Positions 51,844-64,000 of a stretch of DNA of 64,000 nt are shown here, in pieces. The notes under the pieces were generated by a model, which saw nothing but the letters and a program-made list of their open reading frames with translations, had not been told where the DNA came from and ran no database searches. This stretch comes from Felis catus. Lineage: Eukaryota. Position 1 is the first letter of the stretch. Every line of letters begins with the position of its first letter. Position numbers and translations under genes: made by a program. The stretch covers positions 63,552,001 to 63,616,000 of the forward strand of contig NC_058368.1 of assembly GCF_018350175.1 (NCBI RefSeq), given 5' to 3'.

Positions 51844-52312
51844 AATGAAACACACCTTTTCATGTTTTCATACTTCTTACCTTCTCTTCCTTCAGTCTTG
51901 TCTGACCAGTCTTAGTTCAAGTTTGTTTTGCTACTCATCAGCTTTGTGAACTTAGGTAAATTTAACCATAATAAACTCAATTTCTTATTTATAAACTAGT
52001 AATATGTTGTATCTTATGTTTTTTTGTTTGTTGGTAAAGAGACTATAAACCACCTACTTAAAAGTCTCCTGATTCCCTCTCTTATCTCTCCAAGAAAAGG
52101 AAATCATTTCTTCCCCTGTGCTCTCACAGAAATTAATATATACTTCTTTCATAGCACTTTGTCACATTAATTAAATTTTTTACAAATGTGTTTCCCCCTA
52201 GACTGAGCCCTGAAGGGACAAAACTACGTTCAGCCCTTCTTGGTATCCTTAATAACTACCATAATGTCTTGTATGGAACAGGTGTTTAATCAATATTTGA
52301 TGAATTCATTTG
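51790..52312 (+). mobile_element. LINE-2 3' end with an internal MIR-like piece
   Basis: 'tttccccctagactgagccctgaaggg...aggtgtttaatcaatatttgatgaatt' is an L2 terminus. Confidence 0.65.
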
Positions 52313-52878
52313 ATTTATTAATCAAAATAAAGAGCAGGAAATTACTGTGTAATTTAGCACAGGTGGAAGGAAGACTCAGCGTCTCCTAAATAGTCCTCTG
52401 AGAAGGGATGCTCCAAGCCATTCGCGCGACTGGGCTGCCTACCCCTGCCCACAGCATAGAAATGTATACATTTATCGGTCCTTGAGACGCTGTTTTTATG
52501 AGTTCTGCTTAAGTTGACCTCAAATTTAGTAACTGGCAAACCCAAACTGTGTTTTGCTGTGTACTATTTCTAGTAGCTGTCTAATTAGTGTTCTTAGCAA
52601 AAGTGCCTGACTAGCTTGGGAGAAATGCTGCATCCCAAGCACGGATCTTGAAGAGGCATAATACATATTAGCAGATTAAAGCTCTGAGAAACACTACCCT
52701 TGAGAGAATCTATTTATTTGATTTTTAAGAAAAAAATTTATTATATTTTCATAGGGAAGAGGGTTTTTTGACTTAGCTCACTTTTTATCATTCCCCTGGG
52801 ACATTTTTTAACTTAATACCACTTAGAGAAGCCCTTCTTGAAAAAGTGGATGGAGTGGATGGAGAAGACAGATTTGTT

Positions 52879-53033
52879 GGGGTGCCTGGGTGGCTCATTC
52901 GGTTTGGAGCCCAACTTTGGCTCAGGTCATGATCTCACAGTTCATGAGTTTGTGCCCTGTATCGGGCTTTCTGCTGTCAGCTTGGAGCCTGCTTTGGATC
53001 CTCTGTCCCCCTCTGTTTGCCCTTCCTCTGCTG

Positions 53034-53118
<85 letters not shown>

Positions 53119-53130
53119 ACTTAAAAAAAA
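52879..53130 (+). mobile_element. CAN-SINE with (CT)n and (AAAT)n
   Basis: 16-bp TSD agaagacagatttgtt (52863-52878, 53131-53146). Confidence 0.97.
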
Positions 53131-53289
53131 AGAAGACAGATTTGTTAGATACCCAGTTTTTAAAGTAGCTTTCAGAGTAGACGACACTCTGAAAGAAGGA
53201 AGGTGTAACAGTGGGCATGTCAACACGGAGGCGGCTGTGGTTGATCACGGTGGTAACGCACAATAGATGGTCAGCAGCATGGACCCAAA

Positions 53290-54045
53290 TATCACTTGAA
53301 AGAGTGGCGCAGATGAAGATTTGGAGATCGTTAGGCGCATAGGTGAATCTCCAGGAGTGGAAGATCACTCAGGGTCAAAACTGAGAGGCAAAACCTGGGG
53401 CAACACAAGTAATTAGAAACAAGGAGAAAGAAGCTAATCCAGTGGTATTCTGAAAGGCAAGGAAATTGGGGAGTAAATCATGTCAGATCCCACAAAGAGG
53501 TCAAGAGTGATTAGAAATGGATGGCTATCTCTTGGATTTGACAACTCGGAGTTCACCAGTTATCCAGATGTTTTCATTTACCAAGAAGGGCTGAGGTCAG
53601 AATTGAGACTACAGGATTGATGGGTGGATGAAGTGGAAATAATCAAAGCAGACCACTCTTTCCAGAGGGTTACTTCTGCAGAGAGAAAAAGCTTGAGTAT
53701 AATTGGTCATTGTTGTGTATATGTTTGTTTTATAGGTTACACGCTTCACGAACATGTCTACCCTTAAGAAAGGGATGGATGAGCCTAGAAGAGGTGACCG
53801 ATTAAGGCAGGCATTAGTCACATGGGCCTTTTTGGCTGTTAAGGACTTTGAACTTCATCCCAAGATCAATAGAAAGCCATGGGAAATTTTACAGCCTAAG
53901 TGTTACGATTTGCGTTTTTAAAAGACCCTTCTTGTCTATAGGGTATCCACTTAAAACTTCTATTCTAGGTGCAAGTGGTCGTAGTACAGATGGCAAGAAG
54001 TAAATTTAAAATTATTTAAGAGGTAGAATCAATATGATTTTGACT
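53290..54045 (-). mobile_element. LINE-2 fragments
   Basis: 'ttaaggactttgaacttcatcc...aagccatggga', 'ttggatttgacaac', 'gaggtagaatcaatatgattt'. Confidence 0.6.
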
Positions 54046-54983
54046 TCTTTGTTTTATTTCTTTTGCAACAAGAATCAACTAAGGTACTTCCCTTGTATAT
54101 TTTTAAGTTGTACATCCTGCTGAAATCAGTCCCGAAAGACAAGAAGACCATACTGACCTTGAATTCATGGCTGTTTGAATAACCTTAATTATACTGCATG
54201 TTGTGTGTGGCTATTCATATGACATATGCTTCTTACTGCATCGTTAATGTATTCTTATGCTGTAGGGCCCTTCTAACTGAGTGAGTTATACAACTCCTGG
54301 AGGAGCTAATAATTTGAACCAGAAGAGGTCAAGCCATTCAGTGTCTTAATTGTTTTCTGTTACCTATAGGTTTCTATTTTATGTATTTATATCATCACTC
54401 TTCCAATACTAGTTTAAATCAATGCACACAGGTCCATATGTTCTGAACATAAGAGTCGGAAAAACAGTATGAATCCAGTATGAAAAATAAGATTATGAAA
54501 AATAACATGAAATCAGATATAAGGTTAAGATGTGAAATACATATATTTTAACAAAATGAGGCATCAGCACCTGTGAGCTGGGCTGAACATTTTGGCTCTG
54601 AGTTTCCTATTAGCCATGATAAAGAATGATGCAATTAGTTGCATGGCTTAGAGCAGTTATTAGAGAGAAAGAACAAGTAATGTGTAAGATGTTTTCCACA
54701 GGTCCTCCTAGAATAGATTATGCAATCATATAAATAATTTAGGCCAGTAAGCAAGATGTCTTTAACTGAAGAGAAGACCTATGTGGAATATTTGAACTGT
54801 GGTCTGCCTGGGCGGGAAGAGACCATATAGAGGAGACTCTTGCCTTTAATAAGGAATAAAAAAGTATCCGACAATAAAGTGTTAGATTGCAATTAAGATA
54901 GTGTTAGAATACAAGAAATGATCAGGTCAAATTTTAAAGATGCAAATGATTTTCCTGGCGATCATTACCTATGGAATGATTTT

Positions 54984-55178
54984 TTTTTTCTTTAGAGAGA
55001 GAGAGAGCAAATGGAAAGAGGCAGAGGGAGAGAGAGAGAAGGAAAGAGAGAGAATCTTAAGCAGGCTCCACACTCAGTCTGGAGCCCGATGTGTGGCTCG
55101 ATGCCATGACCCTGGGATCATGACCTGAACTGAAATCAAGAGTCAGATGCTCAACTGACTGAACCACCCAGGGGCCCC
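54984..55178 (-). mobile_element. CAN-SINE
   Basis: 17-bp TSD acctatggaatgatttt (54967-54983, 55179-55195). Confidence 0.96.
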
Positions 55179-56429
55179 ACCTATGGAATGATTTTAACAA
55201 GATATAGCAAGTCAGTCTAGCATGCTTATGTAAACAAACCTGGAATTTATGAATTTAAGGAGTATGACCCCCAAGAAAATGCCACTGTCAGTTGTGTAAT
55301 TACAAGACCTTCTTGGGACAAGAAGGACTTCTTTCAGTGGGGTTTATGACAGGAATAGATCATAAAACACAGTGAGCAAAGACTAGCAGAATACAGCTTT
55401 TTCTAGAGACATGGACCAGGTGTTTAGTTACCCCTGCTGGCCATGACTGACACCCCAAGGTTTAGGAGATGCTGGACTTATTGTGGGGGCTGCAGTCTGA
55501 TAAGCACTGGGGAGAAGAAATTTGTTGAAAGTGGAATAAACACTAGGAATATGCCTTAGTTACTAGAATTTAAGTATGAGAGTAAATCAGGACGAGGAAA
55601 GATCTCAAAAGTGTTAAACTGATACAGAATAAATTTTATGGATTTAATTGAACCCTTGACTATGATTCAGTTGATACTAGAATCTGGAGCAAGACGGAGC
55701 CTGTGGGTGGAAATAGGGTGTCTCAGTTGAATCAAGAGCAGGCATCTAAATAGATTGCCAATTTTAAAATGCAGTGTTTATTTTTCATTTGAATGGGATG
55801 TTCCATTATCATGACTGCGTGAGAAGAGAAAAGCAAATATCATTTATTCATAGCCTGCTGTACGCCAGGTACTTGCTAGGATTTTTAATCCATTATTTGA
55901 TTAATTTTAATGTATCTGGATACAATAGAACTTTTCTCTGAGAAATGTAACCAATTTTCAAAATACCATTTATCTATTTTCTTTCTCTGGATTTCAGTGT
56001 TTGGGTTAATACTATTTTAGGTATAGAATCTGCTACTCCATAACTTACCCATTTCCTGGGTGAAATTAGTGTGTTTATTTGCTATATTATTTAATCTCTA
56101 GGAAGAACTTCCTGTTCCTCACTTTTATTCTCTCTATATTCAAAAAATTCAGAAGCTTTTTTCTTTTTGTTGTTAATACTAAATTTTAAGTAGTTCTGAA
56201 GAAACAAAAGCTTATTTGTATATAAAGCTTTTTAGGCACATTTTTTCATGTGCTTGACTGATTTTGAGTTTGTTTTAGAAAAAATTCTTATCTGTAGTAT
56301 GTTCAGTAATCACCTAGTTTACGCACATGTATTTTACTCAAAACAATTTTAGTTATTCTTCAAGTAGTAGACTACTACAGAATGATGAGTGGTTTTCTTT
56401 TCATTCTTTCTTTTCCTGTTTGTCTTAGA

Positions 56430-57070
56430 CAAACACTAATTAGTAGCTGGAGGTACTTGTCCTCAAGTAGCTGACAGTTTAGAAGGAAGATGACATGGAA
56501 TAAAATCATGATGAAATATTTTACATCCTATAGTAGTGAATTGAACAGGGTTGAATAGAGGTCAAAGCAGGGATTGGCTCATCCTGATAGGGACCCTCAG
56601 AGAAACATGAGTTGAATACTGGAAGATGAGAAAGAAGGTTTTTAGTAGAAAGAATTGAGAAGGAGAGGGGTCAAGGGCCTTGTAGCCTGATGTAAAGGTG
56701 TAAAGGCATGGAAATGATGGAAGAAGAACATTATGTGTTCAGAGGATTCCAAGTAATTTAGTATGACTGGAGTTGATGGTGGGATGATGAAGCAAAGTGG
56801 GAGATGAGGCCAAGGTCACTGGCTCTCCCATTGTAGCGTGCAGATCAGAACTTGGAGTGTCCCTTAGCAATTTGCCTCCTTCCCATTGATGATCTGAATG
56901 CGGAGATCTATAGCTCTTTTGTTTTTTGTTTTGTTTTTTGAGAAACACTGTTTTGAAGAGTAGGGACACATGGAGGAATTTTAGACTGGGATGGGACAAT
57001 TGTACTTTGTTAGATTGATCATCCTGGCAACAGTATGAAAGGTGATATGAAACAATGCAAGATTAGAGGA
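56430..57070 (-). mobile_element. LINE-2 fragment
   Basis: 'gtcctcaagtagctgacagtttag...gtgggagatgaggccaagg...gatcatcctggcaacagtatg'. Confidence 0.6.
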
Positions 57071-57414
57071 CTACCTTCTTTAGGGATCAGGCTTAAATGC
57101 TACAACGGGGATCACCGTATATATAAAAGTAAAGACTTTTATTATTATTATTAATTATTATTTTTATTATTTATTATTTACGTAACTTTCTGTAGTTGAA
57201 CATTCCAGGGCTGCAGGGTGTCTCTGACATATTAGACAGTGGCTGCTAAGATTCTTCTGGGAATTGTCAGTGGAAAGGAGGAGGACAATGGCGACGAGAG
57301 AAGTCTAGCATACATATTTTTAAAGAGATTCTTTGAGATTGTGTTTTTTAAAATAAATTTTTAGTATATGTGCTGCTGAAATGAGCACTAAAATAAATTT
57401 TTAATGTTTATTTA

Positions 57415-57629
57415 AAAAAAAATTTTTTTTAATGTTTATTTTTGAGACAGGGAGAGACAGAGCAGGAACGGGGGAGGGGCAGAGAGAGAGGGAGACACAG
57501 AATCGGAAACAGGCTCCAGGCTCTGAGCTGTCAGCCCAGAGCCCGACGCGGGGCTCGAACTCACGGACCGCGAGATCATGACCTGAGCCGAAGTCGGACG
57601 CTTAACCGACTGAGCCACCCAGGCGCCCC
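57415..57629 (-). mobile_element. Young SINEC_Fc inserted in the tail of the next SINE
   Basis: CpG-rich near-consensus body; atgtttattt on both sides. Confidence 0.95.
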
Positions 57630-57630
57630 T

Positions 57631-57840
57631 ATGTTTATTTATTTTTAAGAGAGAGAGAGAGAGACAGACAGAGCATGAGAGGGGGAGGGACAGAGAGAAA
57701 GTGAGACCCAGAATCTGAAGCAGGCTCCAAACTCTGAGCTGTCAGCATGGAGCCCGACCTGGGGCTCAGCCTCATAAACCGTGAGATCATGACCTGAGCT
57801 GAAGTTAGACGCTTAACTGACTGAGTCACCCAGGCGCCCC
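57631..57840 (-). mobile_element. CAN-SINE
   Basis: Canonical body. Confidence 0.95.
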
Positions 57841-58224
57841 TGAGATTGTATTTATATACCTTTGGCCTGAATGTAGTCACATGGCCACACCTCAGGCCCA
57901 GGCATAGCCACGCTGATGATCAAGTGTGCCCTTGGGAAGACAGATCAGGCTCCAGGCCTTAATAGTTTACATAGTGCTGTCTGAATGGTGAATTTCAAGG
58001 TCATATCTGTTGGGCACATGATCTGGTCTACAGCACATACAGATGGACCCTGGTGACATCTCACTGCATTAGGAGGGGCCCAGCTGGAGGCTCAGGACAG
58101 GGACACTCTTGCCTGAATTGTAGTACTGTCCCTAAGGAAGTAGCTGGGAGAAAGCCAGAATGTGAAACAAAAAGGAATAAAAGGAAATAATGAAATGAGT
58201 GGGGAACCTAAAGCTAGGGAAAGT

Positions 58225-58628
58225 GTGATGGTTGATTTTATGTATTAATTGGACTGGACCACAGGATGTCCAGTTAGCTGGACATTTGTGGGTGTCTCTG
58301 TGATGATGTGATGATGTTTCCAGAAGACACTAGCATCTAAATTGATGTTCCAGAGCAAAGCAGATGCCTGTCCCCCCTCACCCCCTAGCAAGTGTGGGTG
58401 GGCATCATCCAACCCATTGAGGATCCTAATGGAACAAAAACACCTGGAGGGAGTTTGGATTCTCTCTCTGCCTGACTGCACGAGGGTTCTTGGGCTGGGA
58501 CTTAACACCACTGATACTCTTGGTTGCCAGGCCTTTGGACTCTGACTGCAATTTATTCCACCAGCTTTCCTGACTCTCCAGCTTGCAGCCAGCAGACTCT
58601 GTAACTGCTCAGCCTCCGTATCACATGC
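58225..58628 (+). mobile_element. ERVL LTR (MLT2-like)
   Basis: 'tgtgatggttgattttatgt...gtgggcatcatccaacccattgagg...caggcctttggactc...tctccagcttgcag'. Confidence 0.85.
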
Positions 58629-58629
58629 T

Positions 58630-59218
58630 TCAGCTTACACTGCTGTGTCACAGACCGCCCCAAAAGTCAGTGGTATACAACAACCATTGTGCTCACAGAT
58701 TCTATGGGTCAAGGATCTGAGCAGAGAATGGCATGTTTCTGCATGTTATCTGGGATCTTAGCTGGGGACATTTGAAAGAAAGCTGGGGGTGACTCAATGG
58801 CTGGGGACTGGAATCATCTGCAGGTGACCTTACATGTCTGGTGGTTAGGCTAGTTGAATGATGGGACCTCAGCTGGGCATTGCCCGGAAATATCTACACA
58901 TGGGCATTCCATGTGATCCCTACAAGTGGGGTGGTTTGAGGGTCCTCACAGTATGCTGACAGGGTTCTAAGAGCAAGTGTTTTGGGAGTTAGGACATGGA
59001 AACTGCCAGTTTCGTAAATTCTGGGTCTAGAAACCAGCACAGATTCACTTCATACATATAATCTGGATTCTGTGATTGCATGACAAACATATATATATGT
59101 CAAGCAGATATATGTGTGTATGTATATATATATATGTTTGTCAAGCAAATATATATATATCTATTCATATACATATTCAAATATATTCAGTTATATATTC
59201 AAATATATCTATGTATAT

Positions 59219-59295
<77 letters not shown>

Positions 59296-59425
59296 TATAC
59301 TTATTTATTTATTTATTTATTTGTCAAGCAATCACAGAATCCAGACTCAAGCAGTGGGGACATAGATCTTACCTCTTAATGGGAAGAGTGTTAGAGAATT
59401 TTGGAGCCATGTTTTAAAACTGCCA
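58630..59425 (-). mobile_element. MaLR LTR (MLT1F/G-like) interrupted by an AT-rich microsatellite
   Basis: 'gctcacagattctatgggtcaagga...ggctggggactggaatcatctg...gccatgttttaaaactgcca'. Confidence 0.75.
59088..59320. repeat. Compound (TA)n/(CA)n/(TTTA)n microsatellite
   Basis: Direct reading. Confidence 0.95.
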
Positions 59426-59942
59426 GAGAGATACATGGAAACACCTAGAACTCAATTTCCCTGCATAATAAAAATGGAGGAAATATTTTGGTTTGTTGAA
59501 AGATAATAAAGAAGGAAGACTAAGTAGGCAGAACCGCATGGCAGGATGGCTGAGGGATAGAGAGATAAGAATGTTTAATATATATTTGTGGTGGTACCTC
59601 TGCTCTGAAAACTTCTTAAGTCTTTAGTACATTGTATCACACAGATACGACTGCTTTCTCTGTCTCTGTGTATGTGTGTATTGATGTGATGAAGAGCTAG
59701 GGAAATGAAGGAGAGGAATTGATGGGATTGGGTTATTATGATTTGGTGCAGGAGGGGGAGAGAGAAAGGGTCAGCTTTAGGAGGTAAAATGCAGGCCAGG
59801 GGATGTTTTGTGTGTCCACTAATTAGTTTGGACTTCAACAGTGCTGTAGCAATTGGCACTCCCATGTGAAACGAGAAGTCAATTGCTCCTATAGTCATTT
59901 GCCATTTTTTTGGTCACTGTTGTCCAGAACTGTACCCTGGTT

Positions 59943-59945
<3 letters not shown>

Positions 59946-59991
<46 letters not shown>
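59946..59991. repeat. (GT)n microsatellite
   Basis: Direct reading. Confidence 0.97.
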
Positions 59992-59993
<2 letters not shown>

Positions 59994-60508
59994 CTGGGAT
60001 TGACCCAGTATTGAACTTCTGATTATCTTAAACTAATCAATATAATTCATGTTTGGTCACAGTAATTATTCAGGTATGGATACAGCGCAGCCAAAGGCAA
60101 TAAAATATGAATGAAGTTTGCTTGGACTTCTGAGAGAGAGAGAGAGGCTTATTCTTCTATAAGGACTACCTGAAGTTACATTTTTTCTTCTCCTGAGTGA
60201 TGGGGACTGAATCACAGCAGCCATTCTTTTACTTGAGGCTAAAGTGTCTGGGGGTGTTCCTTATGGGGAAAACTGAGGATGAAGCAAAACCTATGGAGGA
60301 TAGAGTGGAGAGACAGAGAGGAAGCAAGTCTTCTGTGAAATTGTTTAAGCAGACCTGTTAAAGTTCCCTAAAATTATATTTAATTTATACTTTTAGTCTT
60401 TTGTACCAATTGAATCCCCTATGAGTTTTTGCCAATTTGAGTTGGATTTATTTATTTTTGTTCACAAATATCTGTGTGACACAGTTCACTTTTTATTTTA
60501 TTTAAACA

Positions 60509-60891
60509 ATTTTTTTAATGTTTATTTATTTTTGAGAGAGACAGAGTGTGAGCAGAGGAGGGGCAGAGAGAAAGGGAGACACAGAATCCGAAGCAGGCTC
60601 CAGGCTCTGAGCTGTCAGCACAGAGCCTGATGTGGGCTGAACCCACAAACTGCAAGATCATGACTGAGCCACAGATGCCTCTAAAGTTTATTTATTTTGG
60701 GGAGAGAGAGAGAGAACATGTAAGCATGCACTCACATGTGTGTGAGTAGGAGAGGGGCAGAGAGAATGGGAGAGAGAATCCCAAGCAGGCTCTGTGCTGT
60801 CAGCACAGGCTCGAACCCACGAACTGCAAGATCATGACCTGAGCTGAAATCAGGAGTCTGACGCTTAACCAGTGAGCCACCCACGCACCCC
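60509..60891 (-). mobile_element. Two tandem CAN-SINEs (~60509-60680, ~60686-60891)
   Basis: Two bodies; ctaaagtttattt / ctagagtttattt flank the second. Confidence 0.92.
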
Positions 60892-61245
60892 TAGAGTTTA
60901 TTTTTAATGCATTGTTTATTTCTAGGCATACAGAAAAGCCCTGGTTAGTGGGTTGGGAGGGTTTTGAGTGTCAGTTACCATTCTGTACCCAAATCCACTC
61001 TGCCTGCTCACCCACAATATCTAAGTCTGGCTTATGTCACTAGGGACTTTTCCATGGTAATGTAGTCAGTATTCCTGAGATCTTTCTATTTAACTTATTG
61101 ATCAAACCATCTGTTCTTGCTATCCCCTTTATTAGAGTATTAGTGTGGGCACTTTGGCTGCAAGAAGCACAGACTAATTTGTTCTGTTTCAAAAAATAAT
61201 TTATTAGCCTTTAGATGTATCTCATGAAATCCCAAATTTATAGGG

Positions 61246-61304
61246 GATATGATATGATATTATATGATATGATATGATATGATATGATATGATATGATAT
61301 GATA
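61246..61304. repeat. (GATAT)n pentanucleotide microsatellite
   Basis: Direct reading, one interrupted unit. Confidence 0.95.
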
Positions 61305-63365
61305 GGAAGGATTTGGGCCCCAGAAAAGGACTAAAGCAGGAACTATAGAGAGCTAACAGTTTTCTTTCATTTCTCTACACTGCACGTTCTGCCCTTTTTC
61401 CTCCATGGTGAGATAGAATGGGCCCTTCACTCCGAAATTATATATAAACCAGCTCTGTTCGTGAACAGACTAGACTTTTTCTGTGTTCCAATTCTACATT
61501 CTCAGATGAAACAATCTAGTTGCTTCTGTTTGAGTCACATACTCACATTCAGTTCAACAGACTCTAATCAGATGTGATGTCCTATGACACACACGTGCTC
61601 TCAGGGGCCTCCCTCATGGAGGTATTGATGGAGCAGTTCTCAGAGGAAAGAGATTATTTTGAGGTGGGCTGATCCCACGGGAATCGTATGCTGAGAAGTC
61701 ATTTTGGCCTGAGCTACATTTATGAATGAGAATTTCTTCCTCCCTTTTCCTAACCCCACCACTGGCAAGGTCTTGAGCCCATATCCATCAGTGGTTGCAA
61801 ATAGAGAAGTAATGCTTAATTTTTTGGGCCAGGTGATTCTGAATCTCTGCTTCAGCCTGGCTTGGAGGGGCTGTAATGCATGGGGCTGGTTTCCTTGAGA
61901 GAAATAGTGCAGATAGTCTTTTTAGGTGAGCTGGTGAAAGAGCAGTAGGAAAATTTGGGGGCTCTTTTAAAACTGAGGGGGTGAGGCTGCAACTCATTTT
62001 GTTTCACACTCAAGTAGCAGGCTGTGTATATATGCTAACAATATATAGGCCTTCTGTCTCCTGAGCTGGTTAACGTGTTGCAGAACGTTGACTTCTAATT
62101 CATGACTCAAGTGTGAGAAAGCATTCTGTTTAGCATACCTTTCTCTGCTTTATAGACATAGAATATATACATCCATATTAGAAATGCTTGTTTTTGGTTA
62201 TAAAAGTAAAGATTTAAGTGTGTGATTTTGTGTAAATATTGATAAACTATGGCTAGAAACACAGCTCTGAGTGTATCATCTGTTGAAGGATCAACGATGC
62301 CATTTATATATATGGGAGACAGCATTACTGTTCTACCTGTGAATATTATGTTGACCCTATTTGTCTAAATTTGTAGATTGCCAAATGTTACTTATTTTAT
62401 ATTGAATCTAGAACCAAAAAAAACCCCCTCATAATAGCCAAAATAATACTCTTGTGATAGCCAAAATACTTAATACTCTTCTGAAAAAAATTTTGTTTTT
62501 ATATTTAAATGAATAATATCAATATATACTTTTATAGGACAGTGCCTGTATTCCATAAAATGGATGAATCTATAAGTTCCAGCGATACATTATTATGAGG
62601 AATATTTGTAAAAAGGTACAGTAATAACAAATGCCATTTTAAAAGGTTTATTGAACCAGTTTTTAATGTCCTCAGTGATATGCTTATCCTGAATCTATAT
62701 TTAAAACTATCTCATTAATTTTAAGCCGTGAAAGTGCCTTCTTAGGTTTCTTAGAAAATATTTATGTGCAGGTAAGGGGAAAAGGGAGGAGACTAATGCT
62801 TTATTGAAGATCTTTTGTTCCAGACACTGTGCTAGTTGTGTACAACACCCTGGGACACGAGGCAAAGGTGGTCGTTATCCTGTTGGGACTTGAAGTCTCT
62901 GGAGAAAGAAAGAAATAAAATATAATCAATTAAATGCACAAAAGCGAATGTTTGGGTAAGCACCAGGGTGCAGGCCAATACAAGGGACTGTTAGCGCTTC
63001 AGTCATCAACAGGAAATGGACAGGAATGGACAGCAAAACTGTTAAGTCTTAGCACAACAGCTTTCAGTGTGTTTAAATGACCTTGTAACTATTTATCAGG
63101 AATAGGACCCCATATGCAATGTGATTGTTCCTGTAGTCACTGTCTAATTAGAGTCAAGAAAACAACCAAAATGGTAGCCCAGATGATTACAGATCTTAGG
63201 AAAATACAGACTTTCTGGAATGTGGCCACTTTCCCCAACAGAACTAATCTGTCCCTTCCTGAAAGCAAGATGTGGTGCCATCATCTTTTCCTTTTCCCCT
63301 CCCCCACCTCCTGTCTTTCTACCTCATTGACAACTCCTTCTCTGTGAAGGTTCTTTTGAAACGCT

Positions 63366-64000
63366 TCTTTCGGATTTTCCATGTATAATATCATATCATC
63401 TGCAAAAAGTGAAAGCTTAACTTCATCTTTGCCAATTTTGATGCCTTTGATTTCCTTTTGTTGTCTGATTGCTGATGCTAGAACTTCCAACACTATGTTA
63501 AACAACAGCGGTGAAAGTGGACATCCCTGTCGTGTTCCTGATCTCAGGGAAAAAGTTCTCAGTTTTTCCCCATTGAGGATGATGTTAGCTGTGGGCTTTT
63601 CATAAATGGCTTTTATGATGTTTAAGTATGTTCCTTCTATCCCGACTTTCTCGAGGGTTTTTATTAAGAAACGTTGCTGAATTTTGTCAAATGCCTTTTC
63701 TGCATCGATTGACAGGATCATATGGTTCTTTTCTTTTATTAATGAGATGCTAGAACTGATACATGAATTTAGCAAAGTTGCAGCATACAAAATCAATGTA
63801 CAGAAATCAGTTGCATTCTTATACACTAATAATGAAGCAACAGAAAGACAAATAAAGAAACTGATCCTATTCACAATTGCACCAAGAAGCATAAAATACC
63901 TAGGGATAAATCTAACCAAAGATGTAAAAGATCTGTATGCTGAAAACTATAGAGAGCTTATGAAGGAAATTGAAGAAGATATAAAGAAATGGAAAAACAT
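63366..64000 (+). mobile_element. Young felid LINE-1 with 5' inversion (inverted 63366-63749; sense body from 63748), extends past the window
   Basis: Minus segment encodes RT motifs ([11 protein letters not shown]...[13 protein letters not shown]...[14 protein letters not shown]); plus segment resumes at [29 protein letters not shown]. Confidence 0.95.

Larger units (their letters stand above)
33687..64000 (+). other. GPC5: GPC5 intron 1 (continues beyond the window)
   Basis: Begins gtaagg; no exon-2-like peptide (PDLQVC...TCCT) recognised; GPC5 is known for very large introns. Confidence 0.85.

Noticed and set aside
4530..60630. Recurrent short ORFs of the 'AQSVKRPTSAQVMIS' type and tRNA-like A/B boxes
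   Set aside because: Translations and internal promoters of tRNA-derived CAN-SINEs, not genes or tRNAs.

Overview
Mammalian genomic DNA from a felid, judged by abundant cat-type CAN-SINEs (SINEC_Fc-like) and L1_Fc-like LINE ends. It is AT-rich and repeat-dense. The only host gene I can support is the 5' end of glypican-5 (GPC5, + strand): a CpG island with GC-box promoter at ~32.95-34.4 kb, coding exon 1 at 33524-33686 (signal peptide, GT donor), then intron 1 to the end of the window. I did not see exon 2. The first 33 kb are upstream intergenic DNA; the miR-17-92 cluster, which lies upstream of GPC5 in mammals, is not visible here. Almost every ORF in the track is repeat-derived or spurious. 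I found no new multi-gene system. The most notable structure is in intron 1: a ~490-bp near-identical inverted repeat (49652-50145 / 51375-51843) around a 1.2-kb spacer that appears flipped. Re-inverting the spacer rejoins a split L1M and a split L2, and both junctions carry microhomology. Other oddities: a nested-palindrome element (22558-22636), an in-frame upstream ATG that could add 101 aa before the GPC5 signal peptide, a poly(T)-only TSD-flanked insertion, a locally templated insertion, a triple-nested SINE with a close inverted pair, and a twin-primed L1. Alignments were done by eye, repeat subfamily names come from remembered consensus sequences, and repeat boundaries are approximate unless TSDs are quoted.
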